A DNA stretch of 64,000 nucleotides, from positions 3,151 to 67,150 of IMG/VR virus record IMGVR_UViG_2887723448_000002. One strand, 5' to 3'. Source of the DNA: a virus (Duplodnaviria > Caudoviricetes). Position 1 is the stretch's first letter. Each line of letters starts with the position of its first letter. The notes under the pieces were generated by a model. It did no database searches and was not told where the DNA came from. It saw only the letters and a list, made by a program, of their open reading frames with translations. Both the position numbers and the translations under genes were made by a program. Positions 52,138-60,674 of the stretch are shown piece after piece.

Positions 52138-52257
52138 ATGACGGTGGCGAAATTGGTAGACGCACTCGTGGACTAGGTATCGCGCTATATCCCGAGAACT
52201 GAGGGTGCCGACAGTGCGACGTCGGGCGCCGTGCGGGTTCGAGTCCCGTCCGTCATT
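52138..52257 (+). ncRNA. tRNA-like RNA with non-canonical enlarged anticodon arm
   Basis: Acceptor ATGACGG/CCGTCAT, Leu-type D arm GCG-AAATTGGTAGA-CGC, T arm GCGGG-TTCGAGT-CCCGT; no 7-nt anticodon loop. Confidence 0.65.
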
Positions 52258-52268
52258 CATGAAAGCTG

Positions 52269-52395
52269 TTGCAGTTTTACGGGAAGGGAATGCGCAGGCT
52301 GATGCGCGCTGAGGTGCACAGGTGATGCAGGCGGCAATGTAGTCGTAACTGTTTCATGCCGGAGATTGCACCGGCCCCTTCCCGTAAGGCTGCAA
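52269..52395 (+). ncRNA. second cloverleaf-like structured RNA
   Basis: About 19-bp closing stem enclosing hairpins GCGCA-GGCTGA-TGCGC and GCCGG-AGATTGCA-CCGGC. Confidence 0.55.
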
Positions 52396-52464
52396 TCAAC
52401 CCCTCCTGCGCCGCTATATGTAGCGTACAGAGGAATCCTACTCACTAACGCACTGGAGACTCGC

Positions 52465-52803
52465 ATGGACTCGATGGCGGCCTTCGCAATGGGCGAAGCA
52501 AATCGCGGCAATGAGCGGATGGTTTTCGATTGGGAGAAGGCAGCGCGCCTGATAGCAGAGCGTAAGCCCGAAGAAGCCTCTGCCGGCCTGCAAGGCGATT
52601 GGGATTGCACCGGCGACGTGATCTTTCGCGACGGCAAGCCGTATCTCGGCGGATACACCTATCTCGCTTCGACGTGGGCGACGCCAGAACTCGACATGGA
52701 TGGCGATGTTGTCCCTTGCTATCGCATGGAGTCAGAAGTTCCGGATTGGGACGAGTCCACCAAGTGGCCGGAACAAGTCCTCCCGCTGCTCACCGCCGCC
52801 TGA
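52465..52803 (+). CDS. conserved hypothetical phage protein
   Basis: GGAG SD; MVFDWEKAARLI...AGLQGDWDCT...YLASTWATPEL. Confidence 0.7.
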   Translation: MDSMAAFAMGEANRGNERMVFDWEKAARLIAERKPEEASAGLQGDWDCTGDVIFRDGKPYLGGYTYLASTWATPELDMDGDVVPCYRMESEVPDWDESTKWPEQVLPLLTAA

Positions 52804-52804
52804 A

Positions 52805-52951
52805 ATGCCCTACGAACAAGCCTTCCCGTACCCCAAATGGCTCGCCCACCTTGAGCGCTTGATCGGCCCTGTGCCTGAGGGTGCACGCGAGATGTACGAA
52901 GCCAATCTGAGTGTGGTTGAGGCGGCTGAACTGCTGCGGAAAGCGGCATAG
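52805..52951 (+). CDS. small hypothetical protein
   Basis: 48 aa, tiled between neighbours. Confidence 0.45.
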   Translation: MPYEQAFPYPKWLAHLERLIGPVPEGAREMYEANLSVVEAAELLRKAA

Positions 52952-52960
52952 GAGATAGAG

Positions 52961-53137
52961 ATGGCGATCACTTATCAAGCCGATGAGTTCAAGACCGATG
53001 TGCGGCTCGACGGCAAGAAGATTGGCGAGATCCGCAAGGTCCCCGATGGTTTTCAGTACTTCCCCAAAGGTCAGAAGAAGGGCGGCTTCATTTACTCCAC
53101 CCAAGACAATTGCCGCAAATCGCTGGAGGAGTCCTGA
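52961..53137 (+). CDS. small hypothetical protein (58 aa)
   Basis: AGGAG SD; hand translation MAITYQADEFKTDVRLDGKKIGEIRKV... Confidence 0.55.
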   Translation: MAITYQADEFKTDVRLDGKKIGEIRKVPDGFQYFPKGQKKGGFIYSTQDNCRKSLEES

Positions 53138-53207
53138 GCCATGACCCTTCTCGCAATCTATGCAGCCTGCGTTGTGCTGGCGCTGGTTTTTAACCGTGGA
53201 GCCCACC

Positions 53208-53582
53208 ATGAAGCCGTTTGATCTCGAAGCCGTGAAGCGTGGCGAGCCGCTGGTTACGCGAAAAGGCAAGGCAGCGAAATTTATCGTGCACGTTCCCGAA
53301 TGCGACCCCGCATATCGCGTCATCGCCCTGGTCGAGGGTCAGCACCTCACAAACTCGTACTACGAGGACGGCAGGATCGGTCGTCCGGGAGATAGCGATA
53401 TCGACCTCTTCATGGCCCCGAAGAAGCGAACGGTCTATGTGAACGTGTATGGCAATCGGAACGATCTGGACAGTGGTCCGAAGTTGGGCGGTTTCGACAC
53501 CGAAGATCTGGCGCGCGAGAACTCGATCGGAACCGTATTCCGGGTTGTCGCCGTCGCCGTCCCCATCGAAATCGAGGACTGA
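53208..53582 (+). CDS. conserved hypothetical phage protein
   Basis: GGAG SD; MKPFDLEAVKRGEPLVTRKG...DIDLFMAP. Confidence 0.7.
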   Translation: MKPFDLEAVKRGEPLVTRKGKAAKFIVHVPECDPAYRVIALVEGQHLTNSYYEDGRIGRPGDSDIDLFMAPKKRTVYVNVYGNRNDLDSGPKLGGFDTEDLARENSIGTVFRVVAVAVPIEIED

Positions 53583-53583
53583 C

Positions 53584-53880
53584 ATGCTCGCCTTCACCCA
53601 ACAGCATTCCCAGGTCGAGTTCGATACCTCTCTCGCAGTCGGCGCCGAACTAGTTGACCTACATGTGTGGGCCACTGTAACCGGCGAACTGACAGATGAA
53701 GGCGCCGTCTACACGGCCGAGATCGAGCGGATTGAGCCGATGCGCAAGAACGTACTGCGGCGAGATCGCGCGATGTTGGAGGGTGAAGCGATCGACGTCC
53801 ACCTCGGCCGGTACAGAACGAAAACGATGAGGCTCGGAAACGTGGTCCTCGGCGATGAGATTGAGAGGAGAGCAGCGTGA
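53584..53880 (+). CDS. hypothetical protein
   Basis: GAGG SD; coupled to neighbours. Confidence 0.55.
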   Translation: MLAFTQQHSQVEFDTSLAVGAELVDLHVWATVTGELTDEGAVYTAEIERIEPMRKNVLRRDRAMLEGEAIDVHLGRYRTKTMRLGNVVLGDEIERRAA

Positions 53881-54110
53881 GCGAAGTTACTGAGTGGTTT
53901 GCGGCAATGACCGATCCAGTTCACGAGGGCTGGTATGAGGTCCGATATTCATGGGAAGAGCCTGAATGCACGCACCTCTGTCGTTACTACTGGAACGGCA
54001 ATGGGTGGTCGTTTGGTGAATTGGGTATCGAGGGCGGCCTCGCTTGGGGCGATAAATCCGATAGGTACATCACCAGCGAATTCTGGCGCGGCCTTCGGAG
54101 TCCAGCATGA
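53877..54110 (+). CDS. hypothetical protein (Trp-rich)
   Basis: TEWF...PVHEGWYEVR...YWNG..W...FWRGL. Confidence 0.6.
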   Translation: MSEVTEWFAAMTDPVHEGWYEVRYSWEEPECTHLCRYYWNGNGWSFGELGIEGGLAWGDKSDRYITSEFWRGLRSPA

Positions 54111-54313
54111 CCACCGAACAAAAGCCCTGGATGAATCGCACGCCCTATCAAGTGTACTTCGAGGCACTGTGGTCCGCACCCGAAGGCTATGCGCTGGTGC
54201 CGATTGAGCCGACTCCCGACATGTTCAATGCGGGCCAAGCCTGCGGCGGATATGCGGATCGCGTCTACCGCGCAATGCTCGCCGCCGCTCCCTCACATGC
54301 GGAGACAAGATGA
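54107..54313 (+). CDS. hypothetical protein
   Basis: PEGYALVPIEPTPDM...YRAMLAAAP module common in lambdoid early genes. Confidence 0.6.
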   Translation: MTTEQKPWMNRTPYQVYFEALWSAPEGYALVPIEPTPDMFNAGQACGGYADRVYRAMLAAAPSHAETR

Positions 54314-54582
54314 ACACCGAAATAGAACGCGCAATGTGCCAGCGCTACCTCTCCGGACTAGCCGCCCGCGATCACGCCTCCCCGCTCGTGCTGGCCGAAC
54401 TGGCTTGGCAGAGGCGCGCTGAGATCGAGGCGAGGCATCAGAAGGAGTTAGTCGAGGCGCTGACCGAGCTTGTCGGATGGGTTCCCGGCCGCGCCGGATG
54501 GCATACGGATGCGCCGTTGAAAGCGGTCGAGCGTGCGCGGGAAGTTCTCGCCAAATTTTCAGATCAAGAGGTAACGGCATGA
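54310..54582 (+). CDS. hypothetical protein
   Basis: ATGA-coupled; ELVEAL...A.ERAREVLAK. Confidence 0.55.
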   Translation: MNTEIERAMCQRYLSGLAARDHASPLVLAELAWQRRAEIEARHQKELVEALTELVGWVPGRAGWHTDAPLKAVERAREVLAKFSDQEVTA

Positions 54583-54782
54583 GCACAAAAGACGCATACC
54601 AACGCGGCTATGACGCGGGCCGGCAAGGTTTCAGCTATTTCGCCTGCCCCTACTCGCCTTCGCATCACCGCTTCGACTATGACAAGTGGATGCGCGGCCA
54701 CGCAGATGGCATGCGCGACGTGAGCATCCACGAGGAGCCTGAGTATGGGCTTGGCTACATGCAGGGGCGAGGTGCGGCATGA
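54579..54782 (+). CDS. Rmf/CrpP-like small protein
   Basis: AYQRGYDAGRQG...CPY...KWMRGH resembles ribosome modulation factor. Confidence 0.55.
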   Translation: MSTKDAYQRGYDAGRQGFSYFACPYSPSHHRFDYDKWMRGHADGMRDVSIHEEPEYGLGYMQGRGAA

Positions 54783-55171
54783 GCGATATCGAGAACGGCG
54801 GCCAAGCGTTCCCATGGTGTGGCGACTTGAATGAAACGCCATTTATCAGCTTAGGCGCGACGCTGCGCGACTACTTTGCCGTGCGTGCGCCGGCGGAAAT
54901 CCCCGACTGGTTCAAGCATGCACCCGCTACGTCGCGTCCAGTCATACCGGTTCCACATGCATCCCTCACCAGCGAGCAGTACAAGGAGTGGGATGGACTG
55001 GATGAGTGGCTTGAGTTGAGCGACGTAAGCAATGAGGTGCGCGAGTTTCACGCGAAATACAAGGCCGCGATTGACGCAGCGTATGCGTGGGACCGCGATC
55101 AGGAGATAGCCCGCTACTTCGCGTGGCGCTGGCGCTACGCCGACTCGATGCTCAAGGCAAGGCAAGCATGA
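54779..55171 (+). CDS. conserved hypothetical phage protein
   Basis: NGGQAFP...GATLRDYFA...YADSMLKAR. Confidence 0.7.
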   Translation: MSDIENGGQAFPWCGDLNETPFISLGATLRDYFAVRAPAEIPDWFKHAPATSRPVIPVPHASLTSEQYKEWDGLDEWLELSDVSNEVREFHAKYKAAIDAAYAWDRDQEIARYFAWRWRYADSMLKARQA

Positions 55172-55274
55172 CCTGCCCCGCCCGCGCCGAATCCCTCGCC
55201 GCCTGCATTCGATTCGCAGCCGCGTTTGCGGCGCTAGTGGCTGGGGTCTTCCTGCTGCGCCTGCACTGAATTTC

Positions 55275-55860
55275 AACGGAATGGCGAATCCGGGTCGGCC
55301 GAATATCCCGGGCATTAACTAAGGAGAGCGATATGCGAAGTTGTCAATCCCCCACAAATTCGAGAGCGTAAATCGTCGGCGGCCGTCCAGGCATAGGTGA
55401 ATTGCGCTAGCTGGAACAGTCCCGCTAGCGCCGAAAGCAGCAAAGCGAAGCCGGGGCGCTTTGTCCCGGGCCTTGATGGCTGGGTAGCGTGGAGCTTAGG
55501 CGGGTGAAGTCAGTACGAGTAAGCCGTCGATCTATGAAGCGCTTGAAAACTTAGGGACATGACAGGCCCTAGGTCCCAGCCATGAGGGCGAAAGCTGATG
55601 CTGTCAAACGATCCTGAGCCGCTATTGCGCCGTTGACCGTAGGCGGAACTACTCAGGTGAGAGGCAGTGGTGCGAGTAGTTCTCCAAAACAGCTACCGAA
55701 CTCAACGCGACACCTGCCGGGCCTGTAGTGGGCGCAAGGAGTGGTGTGACAGCCGGAGAGTACGGCCCCCCCCGCCAGGGTGACGGCGTGTTGCTTGTCC
55801 AGCCAGCGCGGTCATAGCGCCTTGTCGGGTGGGATGCCCGATCCAAACAAAAGGAGCCGC
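55275..55860 (+). ncRNA. extended structured non-coding region
   Basis: No credible long ORF; several perfect stems (55404-55431, 55441-55463, 55476-55484 with 55575-55583, 55646-55682). Confidence 0.45.
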
Positions 55861-55861
55861 T

Positions 55862-55999
55862 ATGCGCTACGGCAACAAGACGCTTAAGCAGTCCGAGACG
55901 CTGCACGAGATCGTTGCCGCCATAGCGTGTGCGGGCATTGTGATCGCGTTGACAACCATGCTGTTTTTCACTGCTACGGGGACACGATGGCTTCGCTGA
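55862..55999 (+). CDS. small membrane peptide
   Basis: AGGAG SD; MRYGNKTLKQSETLHEIVAAIACAGIVIALTTMLFF... Confidence 0.45.
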   Translation: MRYGNKTLKQSETLHEIVAAIACAGIVIALTTMLFFTATGTRWLR

Positions 56000-56109
56000 T
56001 CGACAAGGGGATTCGCCGGCTGGATCGCATCGGCAGGAAGTATCCGAACCGCACGGCGGTAATCATGGCGCTGGCTGCTGTGGTGCTGATCGTTATCAAG
56101 AATAGCTAA
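55987..56109 (+). CDS. small membrane peptide
   Basis: MASLIDKGIRRLDRIGRKYPNRTAVIMALAAVVLIVIKNS. Confidence 0.45.
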   Translation: MASLIDKGIRRLDRIGRKYPNRTAVIMALAAVVLIVIKNS

Positions 56110-56119
56110 AGGAGGCGCT

Positions 56120-57073
56120 ATGGGCGCAGATGAATCGAAGGGGCTGGGCCGGCCGGTGGATCGCTCGCTTTTCGTCGGTGGGTCGGACGTAGCCGCGATC
56201 TTAGGCGTGAGCCCGTGGAAGACGCCCTACGAATTGTGGCTCGAGAAAATGGGCCGCGCGATCAAGGAAGAGATCGACCCGGCACGCCAGAAGCGCTTCG
56301 ACCGTGGCCATCGTCTTGAGCCGATTGTGCTCGACATGCTGATCGACCGCCTGAAAGACGAGGGTCGCGACGTGGAGTTGATCCGCCGCAACGAGTATTA
56401 CACCGACGCCGAGCACCCGTTCATGAAGTGCGAGATCGACTTCGAATTGATGCTCGACGGCGAACACGTCAACGGCGACTGCAAGACGGTCCATCCTTTC
56501 GCGGCTAAGAAGTGGGGCGAGGAACTGACGGACGAAGTACCGATCGAGTATGCCGCACAGTTCATGCACGGACTCGGAATCACGGGGCGCCGCCGCTGCA
56601 TCGTGGCGACCCTGATCGGCATGGACGACTTTCTGATCTACGAGATCGAGCGCGACGACGAGACGATATCCGGCATCCGTAGCCGCGTGGTCCAGTTCTG
56701 GAATGAATGCGTGCTGGCTGACATGGCACCCGATCCGATCGACTTTGACGACGCCCGGACGATTTACGCCAAGGCCGACGGCACGAGCATCGAAGCTGAT
56801 ACCGAAACGCGTGATGCCGTGTTCCAACTGGCCGATGTGAAGCGCCGTATCAAGTTGCTGGAAGAGCAGGAAGAAGACCTGTCGTTTCGCATTGTCGACT
56901 TCATGCGGCCGCATGCCTTCCTGAAGGTCGGTGGCCACGATCTCTGCTCATGGAAGAACCAAAACGACACTCGCCTAGACCAGAAGGCCCTCGAAGCCGA
57001 GTTACCCGAAGTCTTCGCAAAGTTCAGGCGCACCAAAGAGATTCGCGTGCTTCGGCTGAAGAAGCAGAAGTAA
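56120..57073 (+). CDS. YqaJ/lambda-exonuclease family 5'-3' exonuclease
   Basis: VGGSDVAAILGVSPWKTPYELW, RGHRLE, IDF...DCKT, YAAQFMHGL. Confidence 0.92.
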   Translation: MGADESKGLGRPVDRSLFVGGSDVAAILGVSPWKTPYELWLEKMGRAIKEEIDPARQKRFDRGHRLEPIVLDMLIDRLKDEGRDVELIRRNEYYTDAEHPFMKCEIDFELMLDGEHVNGDCKTVHPFAAKKWGEELTDEVPIEYAAQFMHGLGITGRRRCIVATLIGMDDFLIYEIERDDETISGIRSRVVQFWNECVLADMAPDPIDFDDARTIYAKADGTSIEADTETRDAVFQLADVKRRIKLLEEQEEDLSFRIVDFMRPHAFLKVGGHDLCSWKNQNDTRLDQKALEAELPEVFAKFRRTKEIRVLRLKKQK

Positions 57074-57097
57074 GCACCCTAACCCACAGGATCAACT

Positions 57098-58054
57098 ATG
57101 ACTTCCGCCGCATTGAAGCAAGTCGCCACGGGCAAGAAAGAAAACCCCGTTGCATCGTTTAGCAAGTTCCTCGACACGTTCAAGCCACAAATGGCGCTGG
57201 CATTGCCCAAGCACTTGACCGCTGACCGCATGGCGCGTCTGGCATTGACCGCATTCAGCACCACGCCAAAGTTGCAGGGGTGTGAGGCAAAGTCTATCGC
57301 CGGAGCGATCATGACGGCGGCGACACTCGGACTCGAGATCAATGTGGATGGCCAGGGCTTTCTCGTCCCATACGGCAAGACCTGCAATTTCGTACCTGGC
57401 TGGAAGGGCTTGGTCGATCTGGTGTCGCGAAGCGGCCGTGCAACGGTCTGGACAGGCGCCGTGTTCGACGGCGACGAGTTCGACTATGCGCTGGGTGACT
57501 CGCCATTCATCCGGCACCGTCCGGGCGAAGAGAACGACCCGAACAAGATGACGCACGTCTATGCGGTCGGCCGCGTGAACAACTCGCAGCACCCGGTGAT
57601 CGAGGTCTGGACTGTCGGCAAGGTGAAGAAGCATCGCGACAAATACAACAAGGTCGGCGGCAGTCACTACAGCTTCCGCGATTGGGAAATGTACGCCCGC
57701 AAGGTGCCGCTGCTTCAGGTGCTCAAGTACATGCCGAAGTCGATTGAGTTGTCGAATGCCATTGCGGTTACCGAGGCGACCGACCAAGGAAACCACGCGA
57801 TCATCGACGGCGATTTCGTCCATGTGACCGAGCCGGAAATGAGCAGCCCGAGCAGCCCGATCGGCGCTGTTGATCCGAGCACGGGCGAAATTAGCAGCGA
57901 AGCATATCAAGACATGCTCGACCGGGTGATGCGCGCCACGGATCTGGACGATCTCGGCGTGATCGCAGACGAGATTCGATCTTTCCCGGACAGCGATCGC
58001 GTCAAGCTCGAGGAAGCGTACCGCGAGCGTAAAGAGACGCTGGAAGCCGCCTAG
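57098..58054 (+). CDS. recT: RecT single-strand annealing recombinase
   Basis: ALPKHLTADRMARLA, LGLE, FLVPYG, GWKGLVDLVSRSG, MYARKVPL...LKYMPKSIE. Confidence 0.92.
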   Translation: MTSAALKQVATGKKENPVASFSKFLDTFKPQMALALPKHLTADRMARLALTAFSTTPKLQGCEAKSIAGAIMTAATLGLEINVDGQGFLVPYGKTCNFVPGWKGLVDLVSRSGRATVWTGAVFDGDEFDYALGDSPFIRHRPGEENDPNKMTHVYAVGRVNNSQHPVIEVWTVGKVKKHRDKYNKVGGSHYSFRDWEMYARKVPLLQVLKYMPKSIELSNAIAVTEATDQGNHAIIDGDFVHVTEPEMSSPSSPIGAVDPSTGEISSEAYQDMLDRVMRATDLDDLGVIADEIRSFPDSDRVKLEEAYRERKETLEAA

Positions 58055-58142
58055 TTTCACCGCCGCTGCCCGCCCGGATTGGCGAAAGCGTATTCCCGAG
58101 CGCCCCAATAGGCAGCGGCATCCAACACCATAAGGAAGTGTC

Positions 58143-58628
58143 ATGGCATCAGTGAATAAAGTGATTTTGGTGGGGAATCTCGGCGCCGATCCTGAAACTC
58201 GCTACCTACCGAGCGGAGACGCCGTGACCAATATCCGGCTCGCAACAACGGACCGGTTTAAGGACAAGGCGAGTGGCGACATGAAGGAGTCGACCGAGTG
58301 GCATAGGGTCGCGTTCTTCGGCCGGCTTGCGGAGGTGGCCGGCGAGTACCTGAAGAAGGGCTCGTCGGTTTACGTTGAGGGCCGCATTCGCACGCGCAAG
58401 TGGACTGATCAGGCTGGCGTCGAAAAGTATTCGACCGAGATTGTCGGGGAGCAGATGCAGATGCTCGGTGGCAAGCAGGGAGACGGCTCTAAGCAAGAGC
58501 GTTCTGCTGCGTCGGCTCGGACGGGTCGATCGGAACCCGCGGCACCGGATGATGGCGGGTTCGGCGGCATGTCAGAGGACATCCCGTTTGCCCCAGCCTA
58601 CGCACGCGCCGCTTGGTCTGCGATCTGA
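58143..58628 (+). CDS. ssb: single-stranded DNA-binding protein
   Basis: [45 protein letters not shown] (followed by an extra 11 aa). Confidence 0.95.
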   Translation: MASVNKVILVGNLGADPETRYLPSGDAVTNIRLATTDRFKDKASGDMKESTEWHRVAFFGRLAEVAGEYLKKGSSVYVEGRIRTRKWTDQAGVEKYSTEIVGEQMQMLGGKQGDGSKQERSAASARTGRSEPAAPDDGGFGGMSEDIPFAPAYARAAWSAI

Positions 58629-58720
58629 GCCCCTTCCTGCATAACGAATCGAGGCACCGCTGCCGAGCCGTGGTCTGAGTCAATGGCTTAATCGGCGGCA
58701 CCCCTATTACTGGAGATACC

Positions 58721-59131
58721 ATGAACGCAAAAGAACTTGCCCAGAAACTCAACGGTTCTCAGTACCCTTTTGAAGTTGGTTCGGTCATCCGGGCTGAAGC
58801 CAAAGCGGCAGGCTTGGTTATCGTCTACGGCGCGAGCGACGACCTGATGGAGTTCGACGGCGCGATCCGCGATGAGTTGGGCGCGTACGAAGGAACGACG
58901 GCTCATCTGGATTCGACGGGCCTACTGGAAAACGGCTGTGACAACGACGAGTGCCCGCACTTCGAGAAGCTGAAGGCGAAGGCGGCGACTATCGAGGCGG
59001 TTTGGGATGATGGCACGTACTCGTGGACCTACCAGACGGCCATTCCGCACGAGACGTTCGAGGTGCTGGAGGGCGACGAGAAGTATTGCCGCGGCATCGT
59101 GTTCGCTCTGGCTGATGTGGTGGCAGCATGA
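58721..59131 (+). CDS. conserved hypothetical phage protein
   Basis: GGAG SD; GLVIVYGASDDLMEFDGAI...IPHETF...YCRGIVF. Confidence 0.75.
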   Translation: MNAKELAQKLNGSQYPFEVGSVIRAEAKAAGLVIVYGASDDLMEFDGAIRDELGAYEGTTAHLDSTGLLENGCDNDECPHFEKLKAKAATIEAVWDDGTYSWTYQTAIPHETFEVLEGDEKYCRGIVFALADVVAA

Positions 59132-59325
59132 CCAACACCACTCCCACCCAAGCCGCGCCAGCTAAGTGCCCTTACTGCACTCAGGCTATCACGACCCCGC
59201 ACACGATGAAGATTATCGATCGCGCTTACGACCACGTCATGCGCAAGCAATACGTGCGGACACGGGCGATGGATTTCTGCTCGTCAAAGTGTGGCGGCAA
59301 TTACCAAATGGGGTGCGAAGGATGA
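59128..59325 (+). CDS. Zn-ribbon protein
   Basis: CPYC...FCSSKC. Confidence 0.6.
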   Translation: MTNTTPTQAAPAKCPYCTQAITTPHTMKIIDRAYDHVMRKQYVRTRAMDFCSSKCGGNYQMGCEG

Positions 59326-60674
59326 GCGCCGAACTTTCATTCAGCCGGATGTGCGAAATCCTGCCGCCTGAGTTTTCATGGGGCGACGCACTGACGCCCG
59401 ATGTCATGAAGCACATCACAGGCGCCCTACTCGCCACCCGTGCCAGCGATGCAGCGCCCGCAGCGGTGGATGGTGCGACGCGAGGCGTGACTGATCAGAT
59501 GATCGATGCAGCTCTGCGATCGATCAGAGCCAGTGAATCCGCGATCAGGGATTCGGAATCGCGCTCAATGATGAAAAAAGCGATCGAGGGCGCTCTCGAA
59601 GCGTCAGTCGTCAAGCATCCCTTGACACCTGAGCAGTCGCACAGCATGCCGGGCGACGCCAGCCCATCGCAGCACGCGGCTGTGGGTGCGACGCGCATGG
59701 CACACCTTGAAAAGGCGCTTGTCTACGTTGCACATCATCTGCATGCGGAGCCGCAATATCACCTCTGCGAAGGCGTGATGTTGATCGACCACGATGGTGT
59801 GCGCGTGAAGATAGAAGGCGTCGACGTTGAGGTAGGTCCTTGGGTCGCTCCCCTTCCGCGCGCCAGCGAAGCTGTCAAGGAAAGCTTGACAGCTGAAAAC
59901 TTTGCCAGCGATGCGCCAGCCACCGCAGCGCATGCAGGGGCGACGATAGCGCCAGGCGCGCATTTGTGGCACCCCGCTGATATTCCGGCGATCACGGAAA
60001 TCCCCGCCGACTTTTTGCAAGGCGACCGGAAAGCCTATGCGTTCAAGAACCCCGGTGCTGGTGAGCACGATCCCTGGTATGTCGTATTGCCGCGAGGCGA
60101 GTCGCTGAAGCTCGGCTACCACGCCGACGATGCAATCGATAAAGCGCACGCCGTATTCATCGCGAGCGCGATCAATGCGGCTCTCGCCGCCGCCCCTACA
60201 TCCGTAGCTGATAGTGGGGCGACGTTGACGGACGGCCCGCGCCTGCCCGCAATGCCGGAACACGTTTTATCGGACATTCAGGCCGCCACCAAATACATGG
60301 AAATGTGGGCCAAGGGCGAGGCCTTCTACGCTCCGAAGAATGGTTATGACGAACCCGGTATCAAAACCGCGACCATAACTGACGTGAAAAAGACCGCTGC
60401 GTACATCGCACCGCGTCTGCGAGCGTCCAGCATTGCATTGCAAGACTATTTCGCCGAGATCGACCTTCTCGCCGCCGCAAAGCCGGTCAGCGTGGATGAG
60501 CTGTCTGCGCTGATGGAGCGGTACCGCATCGCTGTCACCCCCGAGCACGAAGCCAGCCTATGGCACGCGGACCTGTACGGCGACGTATCTGAAGAGCCGA
60601 TCGCATACGGCCAAGGATCGACGCCGATCGAAGCTGCCCGCGCTGCTCTGGCCGCTACTGGAGATAAGTCATGA
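59322..60674 (+). CDS. mosaic multi-module hypothetical protein
   Basis: ATGA overlap start (MSAELSF); modules joined by repeated ...GAT linkers. Confidence 0.7.
   Translation: MSAELSFSRMCEILPPEFSWGDALTPDVMKHITGALLATRASDAAPAAVDGATRGVTDQMIDAALRSIRASESAIRDSESRSMMKKAIEGALEASVVKHPLTPEQSHSMPGDASPSQHAAVGATRMAHLEKALVYVAHHLHAEPQYHLCEGVMLIDHDGVRVKIEGVDVEVGPWVAPLPRASEAVKESLTAENFASDAPATAAHAGATIAPGAHLWHPADIPAITEIPADFLQGDRKAYAFKNPGAGEHDPWYVVLPRGESLKLGYHADDAIDKAHAVFIASAINAALAAAPTSVADSGATLTDGPRLPAMPEHVLSDIQAATKYMEMWAKGEAFYAPKNGYDEPGIKTATITDVKKTAAYIAPRLRASSIALQDYFAEIDLLAAAKPVSVDELSALMERYRIAVTPEHEASLWHADLYGDVSEEPIAYGQGSTPIEAARAALAATGDKS

Noticed and set aside
52138-52257. Call as a functional canonical tRNA-Leu
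   Set aside because: No 5-bp stem/7-nt anticodon loop can be drawn, so it is reported as tRNA-like only.
57092-58144. 350-aa - strand ORF opposite recT
   Set aside because: Antisense shadow of a well-supported gene.
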